A DNA stretch of 63,538 bases, filler included, from Conidiobolus incongruus B7586 (Eukaryota): NCBI GenBank assembly GCA_000697335.1. It is 7 parts of 7 records of this genome, joined end to end, with 100 filler letters (N's around TTAATTAATTAA, not from the genome) between each part and the next. Parts side by side here need not be neighbours in the genome. Positions count along the whole stretch, not along the records: positions 62,484 to 63,538 come from JNEM01006366.1; 6 more parts are not named here. The stretch is one strand, 5' to 3'. A model generated the notes under the pieces. It was not told where the DNA came from. It searched no databases and saw nothing but the letters and a program-made list of their open reading frames with translations. The position numbers and the translations under genes are program-made. This document shows positions 62,537 through 63,538 of the stretch, in pieces (the first letter of the stretch is position 1; the number at the start of each line of letters is the position of its first letter).

Positions 62537-63538
62537 TTATCTTAAATTTAAAATAATGGGAAATTTTTTAATTTCCAATTTTTCAAATATATTATTAATT
62601 TAAAATAAATAAATATATACAAAGTTAATAAAAAATTAACTTTTTAAAGTTAGTTATTTAATTATCCTTGAATCAAATAGTAATCATCAAAAGTTTTTTA
62701 TTTTAGTATTAATAAAACTTAACTATAAGCTTTTTAAAATTATTTAAAATTTACAAGTAGATTTTAAAAATAAAGTATTACCTAAATCAATAATTTATTA
62801 CTAGGTAAATTACTTTAAAGCTAAAAAAGAAATTATCTAAAACTTGCTAAAATCTAAAAAATTAACTTTAACTATCATTTTTTTAAATATTAATACAGTA
62901 AAAAAATATATTGAAAAATATCTTTTTATTTCAGTTAAAGAATTATCTAAGCATTTTAATATTTGTTTTATAAGTATTTTATATATATTAAAGTTTAAAC
63001 TCAAATAAATAAATAAAAATATAAAATAGGTAATTTATAATTTAATTAAAATTTAAAAAAAGTTGGAATAGTTAATATTAAACAAAACTTACTAAAATAT
63101 TAATAGAAGCTTAAACTTTTACATTAAATAATTATAATTGATGAATCTTAAATATTTATATATAATCCTTTATCAAAACATAAATTAAGATATTAAATTA
63201 AGCTAAATCAACCCCCTTTACAAATCCTTTTAAATAAATATTTTTTAAATAAGTGAATATTAATCATTATAATAGATTATAATATTATATGTTATTTTTA
63301 CTTAGTTCCTGAAAGAAAATTAATTAATAGTAAACTCTATATTAATTTTTTTAAATAAAAGTATTTTTAATTAATGTTTTAAATATAAATTAAGAAAAAT
63401 TATTATTATGCATAATAATTATAAAATATATAAATTTAAAACTATAAAAAACTTTCTAATTAGAAATAACTAGAAAAAACTATTATATCTAGTATATTCT
63501 TTAGATTATAACCTATATAACTATAATTGCTTTAGGCA
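62537..63538 (+). mobile_element. Degenerate mariner, left TIR through the catalytic domain, truncated by the window end
   Basis: TA|TTATCTTAAATTTAAAATAATGGGAAATTTTT, IIIIDES*IFIYNP at ~63128-63170 and MHNNYKIYK...LVYSLDYNLYNYNCFR at 63408-63536. Confidence 0.8.

Overview
This is a very AT-rich eukaryotic window with ~50-nt GT-AG introns and fungal-type genes (Zn2Cys6 factor, Cet1-type triphosphatase, fungal GDB1). It is consistent with an early-diverging fungus, and a Conidiobolus-like zoopagomycete is an inference only. Six 100-nt assembly gaps each carry an artificial TTAATTAATTAA linker. Host genes: NOC3, a mitochondrial-carrier pseudogene, an unknown multi-exon membrane protein, C2H2, Zn2Cys6 and homeodomain transcription factors, GDB1, an STK32/YANK-like kinase lacking the catalytic Lys, a Cet1/Pct1-type RNA triphosphatase, UTP23, EMW1/TTC27, tRNA-Glu(TTC) and tRNA-Ile(AAT). 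The main observations are: (1) two diverged solo LTRs of one family each lie exactly 10 bp upstream of a different tRNA gene, in opposite orientations, with 5-bp target-site duplications, pointing to a tRNA-gene-targeted retrotransposon; (2) an island at 51-56 kb encodes three paralogous small secreted peptides and a His-rich Kex2-processed repeat precursor; (3) six DD34D mariner remnants and a Ty3/Gypsy family are eroded by C>T/G>A changes in a RIP-like way; (4) an orientation-specific ATCCCATAAT motif sits upstream of six genes. All alignments were done by eye, and exon and element boundaries are approximate where stated.
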